From Utricularia gibba (Eukaryota; Plantae; Magnoliophyta), in assembly GCA_002189035.1 (NCBI GenBank), contig NEEC01000069.1, positions 1-38,316 of the forward strand: DNA of 38,316 nucleotides, read 5' to 3'. Below, one piece after another: positions 23,560-35,240 of the stretch; within the stretch, counting starts at the first letter, position 1, and each line of letters begins with the position of its first letter. Position numbers and translations under genes: made by a program. Under the pieces are notes generated by a model. The model made no database searches and was not told where the DNA came from. It worked only from the letters and a program-made list of their open reading frames with translations.

Positions 23560-24106
23560 ATGCCTCTCAGATTCTGCTTCTTCGTCTTCCTCACGTTCCA
23601 CATCATGCATGCATCTCCGTCGTCTCAGGCGGTGGCGGCGACGCCGTGCTTCCCCACCTCGAAGGTTCGTCTTAAACCAACACCCTTCTGCAAAACGTTT
23701 CTACTTTGTTTTCTTCACTTTTAAACTGACTCAGAACCCAAACTTCCCCGCATTCCATGCTGCCTGGTCGGAAAAGCCAACACCTGTCGCACACACAAGG
23801 AAACTGCTAACGGAATCAGGTTCTTCAACGCTACCGTCGCAACATTTTTCTTTTCTTTTTTTTTACGGCTGTTCTTTTGACCACATCTCCTACAGGGAAG
23901 AAGAGTTCACGTGATTGGGAGAATCAAGCAGCAAGATCTGAGGTACAAAAATCCACCATGTACAAAACAACGTATTTTTTCAACACACACCTGTCGAGTA
24001 TGTTTCTCTGATAGACGTCACCTCTGAGAGATTAGATTCAGCTCATGGGTCTCTCACTAAACCTGAGCTGGGTGGGATCGTAACCAAGACACCTCGGAAA
24101 CCCTGA
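23560..24106 (+). CDS. Possible multi-exon small secreted peptide precursor; last exon uncertain
   Basis: Exon 1 is 23560-23664 (MPLRFCFFVFLTFHIMHASPSSQAVAATPCFPTSK, signal-peptide-like). Exon 2 is 23735-23819 (NPNFPAFHAAWSEKPTPVAHTRKLLTES) and exon 3 is 23896-23942 (GKKSSRDWENQAARSE). These three are GT-AG bounded and phase-consistent. The candidate fourth exon after the AG at 24013-24014 is ambiguous. Confidence 0.45.
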
Positions 24107-24841
24107 TCTCACAAAGCCCATTCAAAGTAGAAAAGCTAAAACTGCAAATTTGTAGCAACATAAGATATGAGCATTTCACCGAGGCTCATATATGGTGTAC
24201 TACGATAAAATGTGGACCCTTTACTGTACTCAACTCCATTCGCACAGTACATCAAATGGCAGGCATTCGCCTCTTCCATGTAAATTCGAGAGTGACATTT
24301 CTTCGCCCTTGTCTGATCACCTGCGCCTCCCTATACTTTTTACCAGTCTTCTCCTTTCTTAAACTTTTCCTGTGTGTGATTAGCGGAGCTCTTGTCAGGC
24401 TGGGGATTCGGGGCGAGGAGGAGGACGAGCGAGTATGATGCTGGACATGAATCTTAAGGATGAGGGTTTCTTGGCAATGGACTATCTGCCGCCGCGTCGG
24501 AAATCTCCGATTCACAATTGAGTTGATTCCGGCGCTCCTGATAAGGAAGGCTTGGTGGATTAATTAATTACTCAGAAGTCTGCACTTTGAAGATCTGATG
24601 TTTGTGTCGAGTGGGGTGTGTCGATGTACTCGTTAAGTGATAAAAATCCGAACGTAGATATTTTTAATAGGAGATTTTTTTAATTGATTTTTCATTTTTT
24701 TGAAAATTAAAAAAAATAATTATTGAATTGTGAAAACCCATGTAACCTTACTCTGAAATAATATTCAACAAGTAAGAAAATCTTGATCTTTGTTGTACTG
24801 GGCTGGGCTGGGCTACAGTTGTACGGATTGGGTCGGTAGAT

Positions 24842-25100
24842 GGAACCGTCGCGGCAGTTGAATCGATGGTCAAGATTTTGAAAAGGTTGCATCGGCAGTC
24901 GGCACCCTAATAACTGCAAACTGCCCAAAAGAATATCGAAGATAACGATGGGGAGCAAAACGAGAATCATGAAGAGGAACCGTCGCGGCAAATCGACGGT
25001 CAATATATTCAACTGTTGAGAATAAGTGCTGCGAACTGCCGGAAGAGTAACGAAGAAAACGATGGGGAACAAAACGAGAATCTTGGAGAGGAAACTCGAC
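24842..25100 (+). repeat. Imperfect overlapping tandem duplications covering the 5' end of the downstream ORF
   Basis: GGAACCGTCGCGGCA..AATCGA(T/C)GGTCAA occurs at 24842 and 24976. GAAGA(T/A)AACGATGGGGA(G/A)CAAAACGAGAATC(A/T)TG(A/G)AGAGGAA occurs around the ATGs at 24948 and 25062. Confidence 0.85.
24948..25019 (+). other. Upstream ORF (23 aa), paralogous to the start of the downstream gene
   Basis: MGSKTRIMKRNRRGKSTVNIFNC*, compared with the main ORF start MGNKTRILERK. Confidence 0.55.
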
Positions 25101-25595
25101 GAACTCGAATGCCAACTCGGAGTACGCTGCACCACCACCGACGCCAGCGACTTGGAGCAGCGCTTCTCCTTCCTTGAAAAAATCCTTGCCGCCGAAATCA
25201 CATCGCGGCCGGATAATTGCGACCAGTTTCACGAGATTGGGCATCGTATCGCCGTTCTGAAGGCCGCGTTTGTGGATCGGAGCGATCATCGTCATGACTC
25301 GCCGAGTTCCGAAGATTCAACCACTGTTTGCACCGCTTGCATACACAACCTCCAAACCGAAGACGCTACGGAACCGTGCAGCCCGAATTCTTCTAGCGTG
25401 GAGGATAATGCCGAAGCGGCTGCAGCGGCAGCGGAGTCGAAAAGGCCAAGGTGCCATGGTTTTCACAAGTATTGCGCGGTTTTCAGTTTCGGAGTAATGA
25501 TTGGAGCCATCTTGGGTGTGCAGTTACTCTCTCCAATCAACGCCCACTTCTCTGCTTTTCCAGATGCTTCTCTGTTTCTTCTTCCTCCTACTTGA
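25062..25595 (+). CDS. Intronless plant protein of unknown function: N-terminal helical/coiled-coil region and C-terminal TM segment (tail-anchored-like)
   Basis: Open 177-aa ORF: ILERKLDELECQL..DLEQRFSFLEKILAAEITSRP..IGHRIAVLKAAF, an acidic/Ser linker, the hydrophobic segment CAVFSFGVMIGAILGVQLL, and the end LLPPT*. Confidence 0.8.
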   Translation: MGNKTRILERKLDELECQLGVRCTTTDASDLEQRFSFLEKILAAEITSRPDNCDQFHEIGHRIAVLKAAFVDRSDHRHDSPSSEDSTTVCTACIHNLQTEDATEPCSPNSSSVEDNAEAAAAAAESKRPRCHGFHKYCAVFSFGVMIGAILGVQLLSPINAHFSAFPDASLFLLPPT

Positions 25596-25809
25596 GAGTT
25601 TCTGATGCTGAGCATTAGATTCTTTCTTTAGATCGCAAATACTAGGCACTAGTTACTGATAGTTGACTTCATTACTTGTTGCAGTACATGGCTAATGTGA
25701 AATAGATACCTAACTTATCACGTTACATTACCTGTGTTGGCTAATGGGTTTTACCTTTCGCAAAGCAGCAGCAACGGTTTTTAACGTTCTGTGCGTTCTG
25801 AGTTAACCA

Positions 25810-26968
25810 ATGGGTGATGATGGTCCAATAGAGTTATGCAGGGTCTTCCAGAGGCCTGCGTACCAACGAATCATAGACATTTATGCACTAGTGACACCCT
25901 CTGAATCAATAGTTGGAGTAAGTTACCTTGGCCTGGTGAGGTACAAGGTGATTACGCAATAGGAATGAGAAGGCAGCCAGACATTCCTTGGGAGTCATTG
26001 TTCCTCCCTATCCATGTTGTTGACATCACCAGATCCTTTATGACATTGAATCTATAGGGGTTATACTTGTAGTTGCTCCGATTTCCACGTTAATCTTGTC
26101 GTGCTTCTGGATGTCGGTTTCAATCCTTCCATATAACTTTTGAAATGCTGGAAATGCTGCTGTTCTCGTCCACACCAGGAGACCCTCTTGCTAGTTCAAC
26201 TGCTGCACTGCATGCAACCCTTCGAAACAGAAGGATACTTCATTCAAAGTGTTGTTGGAGGAAACTTCGAGGAATACTCTCATCAAGTTGTCCACCCCCA
26301 ATTCAAATAGAGTAGGAAATCGAAATGAAATAAAAAGATCATCGGGATTTGAGTTCGGGATGCGCGCCTCTTCGCTGTGCTTGTCATCCTGAATAAATTC
26401 AATCCTCTTCCCGTTCACTTCATGACGATCTTGAACACTTGCGGAGATGCATCCTACAAGTATAGAAATCCAACATTACAGACATTGAAATCCATCTAAA
26501 AGTGCACAACAAACAGCATCTGAACAATGTATCCAAGAACATTCAAGTGTAGAAACCTCAGAATAGCGTAGTCTAAAGTTTTAAAACTATTCACATGGAG
26601 AGACAGAAGATTATGTAGAGATTCACATAATCAGAAGTAGACAAGTAGCTCAGGCCGATCAGAATACGCGTCACGCCAAGAACTATAAGAATTGACATGA
26701 TCCGAACATTAAACAATCAAAGAATATACAAAAGAAACGAACATCTAGGAAGAGCAATGCGTGAGCAAAAACAATATACCAGATGTTCTAAGGACCTTCA
26801 TTCAAAAGCGAAACAGATTCATCACAGAAGTACTGATCCGAGGCGTCGATTTTGAATACGTCTGAAATCATAGAAAATAAGGAAAAACAAATACCTCTAG
26901 CCTCTACGCTTCTCCGATTTCTTGGAAGACAATGGAATGGAGGTTCCAACCCCATTTTCAGAGCTCAT
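25810..26968 (-). pseudogene. ALA-interacting subunit (ALIS/CDC50/LEM3) pseudogene
   Basis: Exon 26190-25927 reads QEGLLVWTRTAAFPAFQKLYGRIETDI (family: QEDLIVWMRTAALPxFRKLYGxIE), then frameshifts into NY..Y..LVMSTTWIG and later LYLTRPR. The last exon from 25855 reads RPLEDPA*LYW (family: RxLGDPSYLSW), with TAA at 25836-25834. The putative first exon MSSENG..SKKSEKRRG* has TAG at 26899-26897. Confidence 0.8.
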
Positions 26969-27527
26969 CTTGAAGAATCGGGAGGAAGGCGCTCGATGGT
27001 AGAGACTAGTTGAAGAATCGCGATCCGTACTGTTGAAAGAGGCGGGCGGGGTTGCCGCTAATTGGTTTATATTTCTGGGCTTGTGTTTGATTGGGCTGAT
27101 TTTGGGTCACCTGGACGGTGGTCCATGAACGTCCGATAAAATTATTATTTTTTGGATTAAATAGACTTACTGTACTGCGCAGAAATCACATGCGCCTGCA
27201 AAGGGAATCAATCTCTTTTTGTCGTGGATATCCAAATTTTATTAAATAATAAAAAAGGGAAATCCTTAATCCGTAATCAATAGGCCCTTTTTCGTCCAAA
27301 TATGTTTATTTCAAAACCGCGGCGAAACACAAACGCAATCATTGACCTCACTATTGGAACCAGGGATGACGCATTTACCCCTAGTTTTTTACTGGAATTC
27401 CAGCTGCGCCCCCTATAATCAGCCGGGGCTGGCCTTGAGAGATTTCTTTGTTTTGACGAGATCATCGTCTTCTACCCTCTCTTTATCCACATCGGAAAGG
27501 CGCTTTGTTGAAGTGCGATTTCGCAGA

Positions 27528-28979
27528 ATGGGAAGATTTGAGCTTGTAGAGTACTCTCCATTCTATACTCTTCGCGAAACAGCTTCCGTTTTTGCAGCGC
27601 CGAGAGTTTTAGTTTCGAACCCCTTTTTCCAGTCGAGCGCCATTGTAGACGAGCTCGACTACGCTCTAGATCTGCTCAGCTTCCCATCCAAGCGCTCGGT
27701 TTTGGTTGATGACTTGGAGACTATAACCGATCTGATTCGGATCGACGAAACGCCGTTTCACCGGACCACCCTCCGCGTAGGGGCTCGCAGATTTGCTGCC
27801 CCTGAAGATTTATATTTACGAGCCTTGAGCGATAGGGTTTCAGCTTTGGAGCTGGGCTTTGATCGTTTGGTTTTGGCGGAGGAGAAGCCTCTAGATAGGA
27901 AGTACACTTGGACGGCGGAGTTTAAGGGCCCGGAGAAGGAGCGGAAGTACAAATTGGCAAGGGAAATTAAGGATGGGAAGAAAGGGAATGTTAAATGGAC
28001 CGCTGAGATCAAAGGGAAGAGCGCTGGCGGTTTACCCATTGAACACACCTACACCGTCGAGTTAACCGAAGGGAAGGGCAGTAAAGAGAAGAAGAAAGTT
28101 GACAAGTCGAAGGAGAAAGGGAAAGCAGTAGCTTCTACCTCTACTGCTCGTCTCATTGAGATTGAAGAGCCTTCAAGACATGGAGCCATTGTTCTGAGAA
28201 AGGTTCCTCCTTTTTCTTTAGCTTTTCTGCTTTCGTGCAAGCAAATATGTGGGAAATTCCTGCCATTGAGATCTATGATTCATTGCGAAAATTCGCCGCT
28301 TTAGAAATATCTAGATCTGGTGTTGATTCATATAGAAATTGCATTACTGAGATTTTGTGCGTAATTTGTTGGTATGGCGCTTGAAGCTTGACGTTTGGAT
28401 GGTTTTGAAATAAATGGCAGGCTTTTGTTAAGAGAAGGGGCACCGTGAAAGAACTATCTCTGCAAGATTCAGCAGCTCTGATTCAGAGGACATTCAGGGC
28501 TTACCTTATCCGGAGGTCTCAGGCGCTACGTGCATTAAGGGAACTTGCTATAGCCAAGAACAAGTTGAAGGAGATCAGATCTTTCTTCAACAACTTCACT
28601 TACCGTCGCCGTCTCGTGAAGGATGCTGAAGAGCGCCAGCGGTTTTCTGAAAAGATCATCGTCTTGCTTCTCACCGTTGACGCCATTGAGGTAACACAAT
28701 TAAACAACACATTTGCTGCTTCATGTTCAAACTTTAAACTACTAAACGTGAGCGAGACATTTGTCTTTGAATCAGGGTGCTGATCTGATGGTCCGAGCTG
28801 CTAAAAAATCGATGGTGGACGAGCTTGAGACGATTCTCGACATCGTGGATCCACAGCCTACTGGGAAGTATCTTTCAGTCCGGAGGAGAACATTCAACAT
28901 GCCGGATCCCACAATCAACAAGGAGCTTGCTGCTGGTGTTGCTGAGGTTGTTCACATGCTTGAAGAAGAGGCGAGTTGA
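27528..28979 (+). CDS. BAG7: BAG family molecular chaperone regulator 7-like
   Basis: Exons 27528-28202, 28421-28690 and 28776-28979. Motifs: LSDRVSALELGFDRL, RKYTWTAEFKG, KWTAEIKG, RLIEIEE, the IQ motif IQRTFRAYLIRRSQALRALRELAIAK, ERQRFSEKIIVLLLTVDAIEGAD and TFNMPD. Confidence 0.93.
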
Positions 28980-29270
28980 GCAGTATGTTGTGTTTGTTTC
29001 TCCTCCATTTATGCTTCCTCTTTTATCAGGAGAGACTGCGTAGAGTTGCTGGTAACGTCCAGTAACTTCAGTCTGCATTTTCTGCGGATTTGTGTTCTTG
29101 TTTGACATCCCAACTCTTGTTTTCATTAATTTCCTCAGAACTTGGGTATGGTTTTCCTGAATCACTTTTGATTACATATATATTCCTATCTTGGTAAGGG
29201 TCTCTGTGGATGAGGGCCCGATTACAGCACCGCCGGTGCAACTAAGCAAAGGAAAACGGAAAACACCACC

Positions 29271-29834
29271 TCAATAGTGGCGATTGCAGAGCGCAAGGGC
29301 GTTACTGGTGACACGAACGGTGTTCAGCATCCACGCCTGCACGGATCTCTTCGGCCGGCCATCCAAAGCTCGACCCGAAAACCCATCCATACAAGTGTTA
29401 TAATCCGTGAGCGCGGTACTGACCCACGTCTGCACATTGCTCATCCTCCACGACAGCTCGGATCCCTTGACCCGCCCGGCGATCTTCATCTCCTCGATCG
29501 ATTTGCTCAGCCGATCCTTGCTATCCGCCAGCAGTTCCACGCAATCCCGCGCGGCGGCACGTTCCTGTGGCTTCAGCCCAGGGAGCTTCGCCAATTTCGA
29601 AATGAACACCTCCGCCGATTGGGCTGTCTGCAAACTGACGGCAAGAGCGGCGGAGGCGATTTGCTGCGGATTCCTCTGTATGGCGGAGGAATGGCTGAGC
29701 AGTGATCGCACGCAGATGATCGGGTATCTCGTGGCGCGGCACGATTGAACGATGAAGCTTGACTGCGACGCCGCTGCAATACCAAAAATGCAGAAGAAGC
29801 AAAGGAGCAAAGGGAAAGACGAAGCAGCAGCCAT
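29271..29834 (-). CDS. Pectin methylesterase inhibitor / invertase inhibitor family protein (intronless, secreted)
   Basis: Signal peptide MAAASSFPLLLCFFCIFGIAAA, followed by FIVQSCRATRYPIICVRSL, AARDCVELLADSKDRL and MSNVQTWVSTALTDYNTCMDGF. It ends SNALALCNRHY*. Confidence 0.95.
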   Translation of the reverse strand: MAAASSFPLLLCFFCIFGIAAASQSSFIVQSCRATRYPIICVRSLLSHSSAIQRNPQQIASAALAVSLQTAQSAEVFISKLAKLPGLKPQERAAARDCVELLADSKDRLSKSIEEMKIAGRVKGSELSWRMSNVQTWVSTALTDYNTCMDGFSGRALDGRPKRSVQAWMLNTVRVTSNALALCNRHY

Positions 29835-30750
29835 TTTCTTCCTCTCCACACCAACTTCCCCTTTCCTCCTCGCCGCTGCAAACAAACCTCCCGGGAGTCA
29901 CAATTATATAGTATTCAAGCACTGGAATTCTACTGGGCGTTGGCGGTTGGGCCCACACGTCGAGACTTTCCATTGAGTCTTCTTGATGGGCCGCTATTCG
30001 AGCATTAATTCCGGAATTTCATGGGCATGTCGGCCCTCCCACACGTCGCAGGTCCCATTCTTGGACGCCCCGACGTCAAAAGTGTGTCTGAACGCGTAGA
30101 TTTTCAAGGCCTGCTGCTGCTGCTCTTTTGTCACAGTCTTGGAGGCAACCTCAACAATTCCGGTAGTGTAGACTAGTCGACCATAGACGAAGACTTTGTG
30201 CACTTTACCTTTAAATCTATGATTAATTCGTGTGTTGCACACGATTAAAAATATACCATGTGGGAACCCCTCCCTCCCTATGTTTATATCACTACACTTC
30301 TTAGCTCCCTTGCGTTCATAAACCAATGTTTGAAATTCGACAAAATTTCGGATTTCAGATTTCGATTGAAATACCGAATTTCGCAATCACCCTTATTACC
30401 CATATGTATAAATTTTGGATGATGGAATTTAAAATCATGTTATAAGCTCTAGAATCAGCCGCCGGTGCCGTGAAGCCAAATTTCATGTTTTCATATATCT
30501 AGGGGATTGAATATTTCAACGTTATGGTTGTTCTTCATCATTCGTGAGCCTCTTTTACATTTTCTTGGCCCATTTTATAGTTGGGCCTATAAGAACAGTG
30601 CGGCCCGAATAAGTCCGTATCTCACCGACACGTTGTGTATTTTAGTACTCAAAAGTAGAAACTTCCACGATTGGTGGTCCATGCAGGTTGTCGAGGTTCG
30701 TCTGGTCAGATTAAACAGTATCCAGAGGGATACTTGTTCATTCATTGCCT

Positions 30751-33401
30751 ATGGAAATGGCAGAAATGCTTCTTCCAATCCTTTCGCTCACATCCGTCGT
30801 ATGTTCGGCCAACGACGGCCCCGTCGTGGCGGCGTCGCCACTCGTTGAATTCTTGAGCGGCTTCAGGGGGCGGCGTACCGAACGTACGGTGGGGACAATG
30901 ACTTCGACCCCAAGCTCTACGTGGACCTGTCGCTTAAGCGAAGCCTTGCCACGACAGCTGCCGCATTCGACGAGCTTCAGTTGAGCGAAAGTAGTGGCTT
31001 TGAGGAAGGGGCACTGAGCAAGTTCATTGGAGAGTATTTTGGCGAACCAGAGGATGGACTGGAGGCGGCGGAACCGGTGGATTTCGTGGAGGAACCCGCT
31101 GATTTCTTGCCGGAAGTTGAGAACATTAAGGTTCGCAATTGGGCCCTCGAGTTGCATGGGCTCTGGAAGAGCCTGAGCCGGAGGACTTCAAATCGGGTTC
31201 TTGAGAATCCGGAATCTTACACGCTGATTCCTTTAGATAACACAGGAATCGTGCCCGGATCCAGATTCCGCGAAGTCTACTACTGGGACTCTTACTGGGT
31301 AATCAGGTGATTTATAGGCGATCTTGGATGCTTCTTTTATTTAGTTAAAGAGAGCTCCCGGTTTCAAAATTTTCTCCACAGATGAATTTAGCGATATACA
31401 AACACAAAAAAGAAACTTTGTGTTTCTTGATGACCCGTGTTGTGACCAGATGACCAAGTGATAATTTTATGAGTTTTTGTGGTGATTAGGGGTTTGCTAG
31501 CGAGCAAGATGTGTGAAACAGCAAAGGGAATAGTATACAATCTCCTTTCGTTGATTGAAAGATATGGCCATGTTCTCAATGGTGCTCGGATCTACTATAC
31601 CAACAGAAGGTAATTTTTGAGGTGTTCTCCACAACTTCTGTGATTTTAATCTATCCATCACGATGAAAAATGCCATCATTGTCTCATTATCTGTAAGCCA
31701 ACCTCCCCTGCTGAGCTCAATGGTTATGGATGTATATACTCGAACTGGAGACGTCGAACTGGTGATGAAATCACTTCCATTACTGATAAAAGAACACGAG
31801 TTTTGGACATCTGGTACTAGTTTTTGAATGCCTGGTGTTTTTACTGGTACATCTATTGGGGTTTTTTCATCCTTGAATTGTTTCTTCATTTGAAGGGTTT
31901 CACGAGCTGGTTATTCGGGATGCACAAGGGTCGACTCACAGGCTAAGTCGATATAATGCCATGTGGAACCAGCCTCGCCCTGAGTCTGCAACTCATGTAA
32001 GAACTCCCATTTCAAAGAAGAAGTGTTTATTTTTCTCTTCTGCTTGTTTGAAGATCAACTAATTTGTCGCTCAGGACGAGGAAACAGCTGGAAAAGTCTT
32101 GAATGAGACCGACAGAAGTTGTTTATATCGTAACATTGCATCTGCTGCTGAATCAGGGTGGGACTTCAGCTCCAGATGGATGAGGTGTTGTTCAATATTT
32201 ACTTGAGTCTACTACTCCGTTTCATGTGTATAAGGTGTCTGGAAACCAAGTAATATTGTATCCTTCTGTGGGTCGCCCATCTTTGCAGGAATGACTCTGA
32301 TCTTGCCACTCTTGCTACAACATCAATCATACCTGTAGATTTGAATGCTTTCATTCTCAAGGTAAAATAAGGAAACCTCCTGCATAGAGAGCTGATCTGA
32401 TTGCTTGATTCGTTATGTTTTTTTTAATGAATTCCAGATGGAAATTGACATAGTTTCACTGGCAAAGACTACCGGAGATGCTACCACAGCTTCACATTTC
32501 ATGAAGGCTGCCAAGGCTAGGAAACTGGCTATCGATTCTATTCTGTGGAATTCCGAAATGGGACAGTGGCTAGATTACTGGTTGACTGATTCAAACCCCG
32601 AAAAGGTGACGGTGTTTCATCAAATCTACACCCTTTTGTTGGTTACTGTTTTTTATCAATCTCCCTTGCCTTAAAAAAGAAGGTTCATGAGTGGGAAGAA
32701 TCGGGACAGAACCGCGAGAGTTTTGCATCCAACTTCATACCCTTGTGGATTCAGCCATTCCACTCAGGTTTCTTAAATCTGAATGCTTTATGTAATTTAC
32801 TTTGTAATATCATCTGTTTGACTATGAAGATGACAAGATTGTGAAGAAAGTCGTTAGTGCTCTGGACAGCTCAGGCCTTATCTGCCCTGCCGGAATTGCA
32901 ACTTCTCTGATAAACTCTGGTCAACAATGGTACTCCAATTGCACAGAAACTTGTGCTGTGATGGCTTTTTTGTTTGATCCTGTTACCATTCGCAGGGATT
33001 TTCCTAATGGATGGGCACCTCTTCAGCACGTGATCGTGGAGGGGCTGTGGAAAACTGGATCAGAAACAGCAAGGGCCATGGCTAAAGACATTGCCAACAA
33101 ATGGATCAGGACAAACTATGCTGCTTACAAGAAGACAGGAGTGATGCATGAGAAGTACGACGTTCGGAAATGTGGTGAATATGGCGGTGGTGGCGAGTAT
33201 ATACCCCAAGTACGTGCCTACCTTTTCATCTCAACAAAAATAACATACTACATGCAATGAATTAACAAAATGGCCAACTTCACAATCTCCTTGTTTTGCT
33301 GTTGTTTGTTGAAGACTGGGTTTGGTTGGACCAACGGCGTAGTATTGGCATTCCTGGAGGCGTATGGATGGTCTGAGAGCTTGGACTTACAGTGTTCATA
33401 G
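30751..33401 (+). CDS. TRE1: Trehalase (GH37), multi-exon; one apparent -1 frameshift at about 30855
   Basis: Motifs: FDPKLYVD, VPGSRFREVYYWDSYW, VLNGARIYYTNR|SQPPLLS, RYNAMWNQPRPES, IASAAESGWDFSSRW, IPVDLNA, QQWDFPNGWAPLQH, MHEKYD and GGGGEYIPQ|TGFGWTNGV. Stop at 33399-33401. Confidence 0.96.
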
Positions 33402-33735
33402 GATGATGCTGCTTGCTGTCCTGATTAGCAGCACAATAATGGGAAAGATGGATACTCAGTAGAAGAAACCATCTAGTGAACCGTCTGAAACTTCATTCAG
33501 AAACTTTCTGTTTCCCACATTTCCATGTTGCATTCACTGAGAACCGTCCGGTTTCTACAGTGGTTTATCATTAATGTTATGGATAACAGCAATACTGGAA
33601 AGGGTGCCTTTGCATCTATTTAGAACTCTCTGGTTCAATTTTGTGTATGTTTATCACACAACAGGAGTCCGTTTCCGGGGGACTGACAAATGGTAAAGAT
33701 CATGTACTTAAAAAGGTCACACATTGCAGCAAGAA

Positions 33736-35240
33736 CTAGCCGAAATGAGGAAGCTTACACTTGGTAATCGTATGAGGCCTGCCCACACTAGCTGCTGGAG
33801 AATCCGGTGGAAAGCGAAGATGATCTTCATTATATCTGATTGAGTGAAGACAAAGACCGTGAGGGGGGACAGAGAAGGCATATTTTGCAAGCTCCTTCCG
33901 ATCCCGAGATTCCAGAATTTCAGAAACAATGCAAGGTGGAACTGCTTCCCTTCCTACTTGAAGCAACAAGGCTACCTGTAGGAGAATAAGAAGAAATGGG
34001 GGATAAGATTTTCGTAAGAAAACTCCAAACGAGAAAGCAGCCAAACAGGTTACAAATTTTACCATGTTACGAACTTGTCTATACAAAAAACCCGAACCTT
34101 CAACATGCAGCTGCAAAACAGGCCCCTGGGAAACATTGATGCCATCTCATTTGCATAGCTTCATGCATAAACGAAAAGTAGTGGAGATTACTGGGGTTGA
34201 GGCATACCATTTCATACAAATCGAAGCAAAGGATATTCTTCACGGGATTTGGGGTGCGATCATTGCGAGAAGCATTAGCAAAAGCAGAGAAGTCATGAAT
34301 TCCAACAAAATGTTTAGCAGCATCCCTCATTGCAGATGGATTGAGATTGTAGACGCTATGATAAACATAGTTTCTGAGGCATGGATCCATGACAGTATCA
34401 TTGTATATCTTGTAAGTATAAATCTTGCTTTTAACAGAAAACCGGGCATGGAAATCAGGTACCACAGATCTTATTTCTCGGATTCTTATATCAGGGGGCA
34501 GAATTCCATTCAATGCCTTGTGAATTTCATCCAAGCTATGGTAGTTGAATGGTGTGATGAAGTGAGCCACCTGGGAAGGAAGGCCATGTTTGCATCTTCT
34601 TCTTTTTTTTTTTTTTTTTATGAATAGTGAGATTGTTAACCATGAACAGACCTGACCCCAAGCATGCACCCCAGCATCTGTGCGGCCTGCTCCAACCAAA
34701 CACAGTTGATGCCGCCTTAATTTCGTAATCTGAGTCAAGGCTTCTTCCAGAATGCATTGTATTGTTGGTGTTGACTGCTGATACTGCCATCCTACATTAC
34801 AAAACCTTAATCATCATACTTACCGAAGATTTTTAACTATACAAAAAAGTATGTGAGTTGTGAAGGACACCACAAGATAAAGTTCCAACTTCAAGGCAAG
34901 CTTCAATCATTCACTAGTGAAAAAGCATAAAGATAGTACACGTTGAAACCACAATGCCCATAAAAACTTGCAGAGATTGCACCAAACATAATAAAAGAGG
35001 AAAAAATGTGTAATTAGGCTAACCAAAAGTTATGTAGAAGATCACAGATACACGAAAGACAAGGATGATTCAGCAAGTATGGTGAAAGTAGGTACGCAAG
35101 AAAGCGCACAGAAAGAGGGGAAGGAGAAAACCAACTGAAGGACGAGAACCTGAATAGCGAGTTCCATCATATGAGATTACCACCCGCCACTTAAACCCAG
35201 TAAGAGGCAATCTTTTGCTATCGTCCTCTTGACTAACCAT
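33736..35240 (-). CDS. TRUA: tRNA pseudouridine synthase A (TruA/Pus1 family); N-terminus may extend via further exons up to about 35813
   Basis: Exons 35240-35150 (KWRVVISYDGTRYSG), 34791-34652 (WQYQ..LVGAGRTDAGVHAWGQ, catalytic Asp), 34570-34208 (FHARFS, GIHDFSAF), 34125-34063 (GSGFLYRQVRNM) and 33975-33736 (PPHGLCL). Confidence 0.94.

Noticed and set aside
24180-24640. GC-balanced stretch with short ORFs (24252-24515 minus, 24256-24438 plus)
   Set aside because: No recognisable motif or consistent splice model in any frame; left unannotated.
24707-25295. Long minus-strand ORFs (164 and 141 aa)
   Set aside because: They are antisense to the 25062 gene and its duplicated leader, and the repeated LVLxPIV peptide simply reflects the DNA duplication.
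29277-29973. Three overlapping ORFs antisense to or out of frame with the PMEI
   Set aside because: Typical shadow ORFs of a GC-rich intronless CDS.
29994-30386. 130-aa minus-strand ORF between PMEI and trehalase
   Set aside because: It has no ATG start in the stated frame, no recognisable domain and lies in a divergent promoter region.
34064-34627. 187-aa plus-strand ORF
   Set aside because: It is antisense to TruA exons and has no independent motif.
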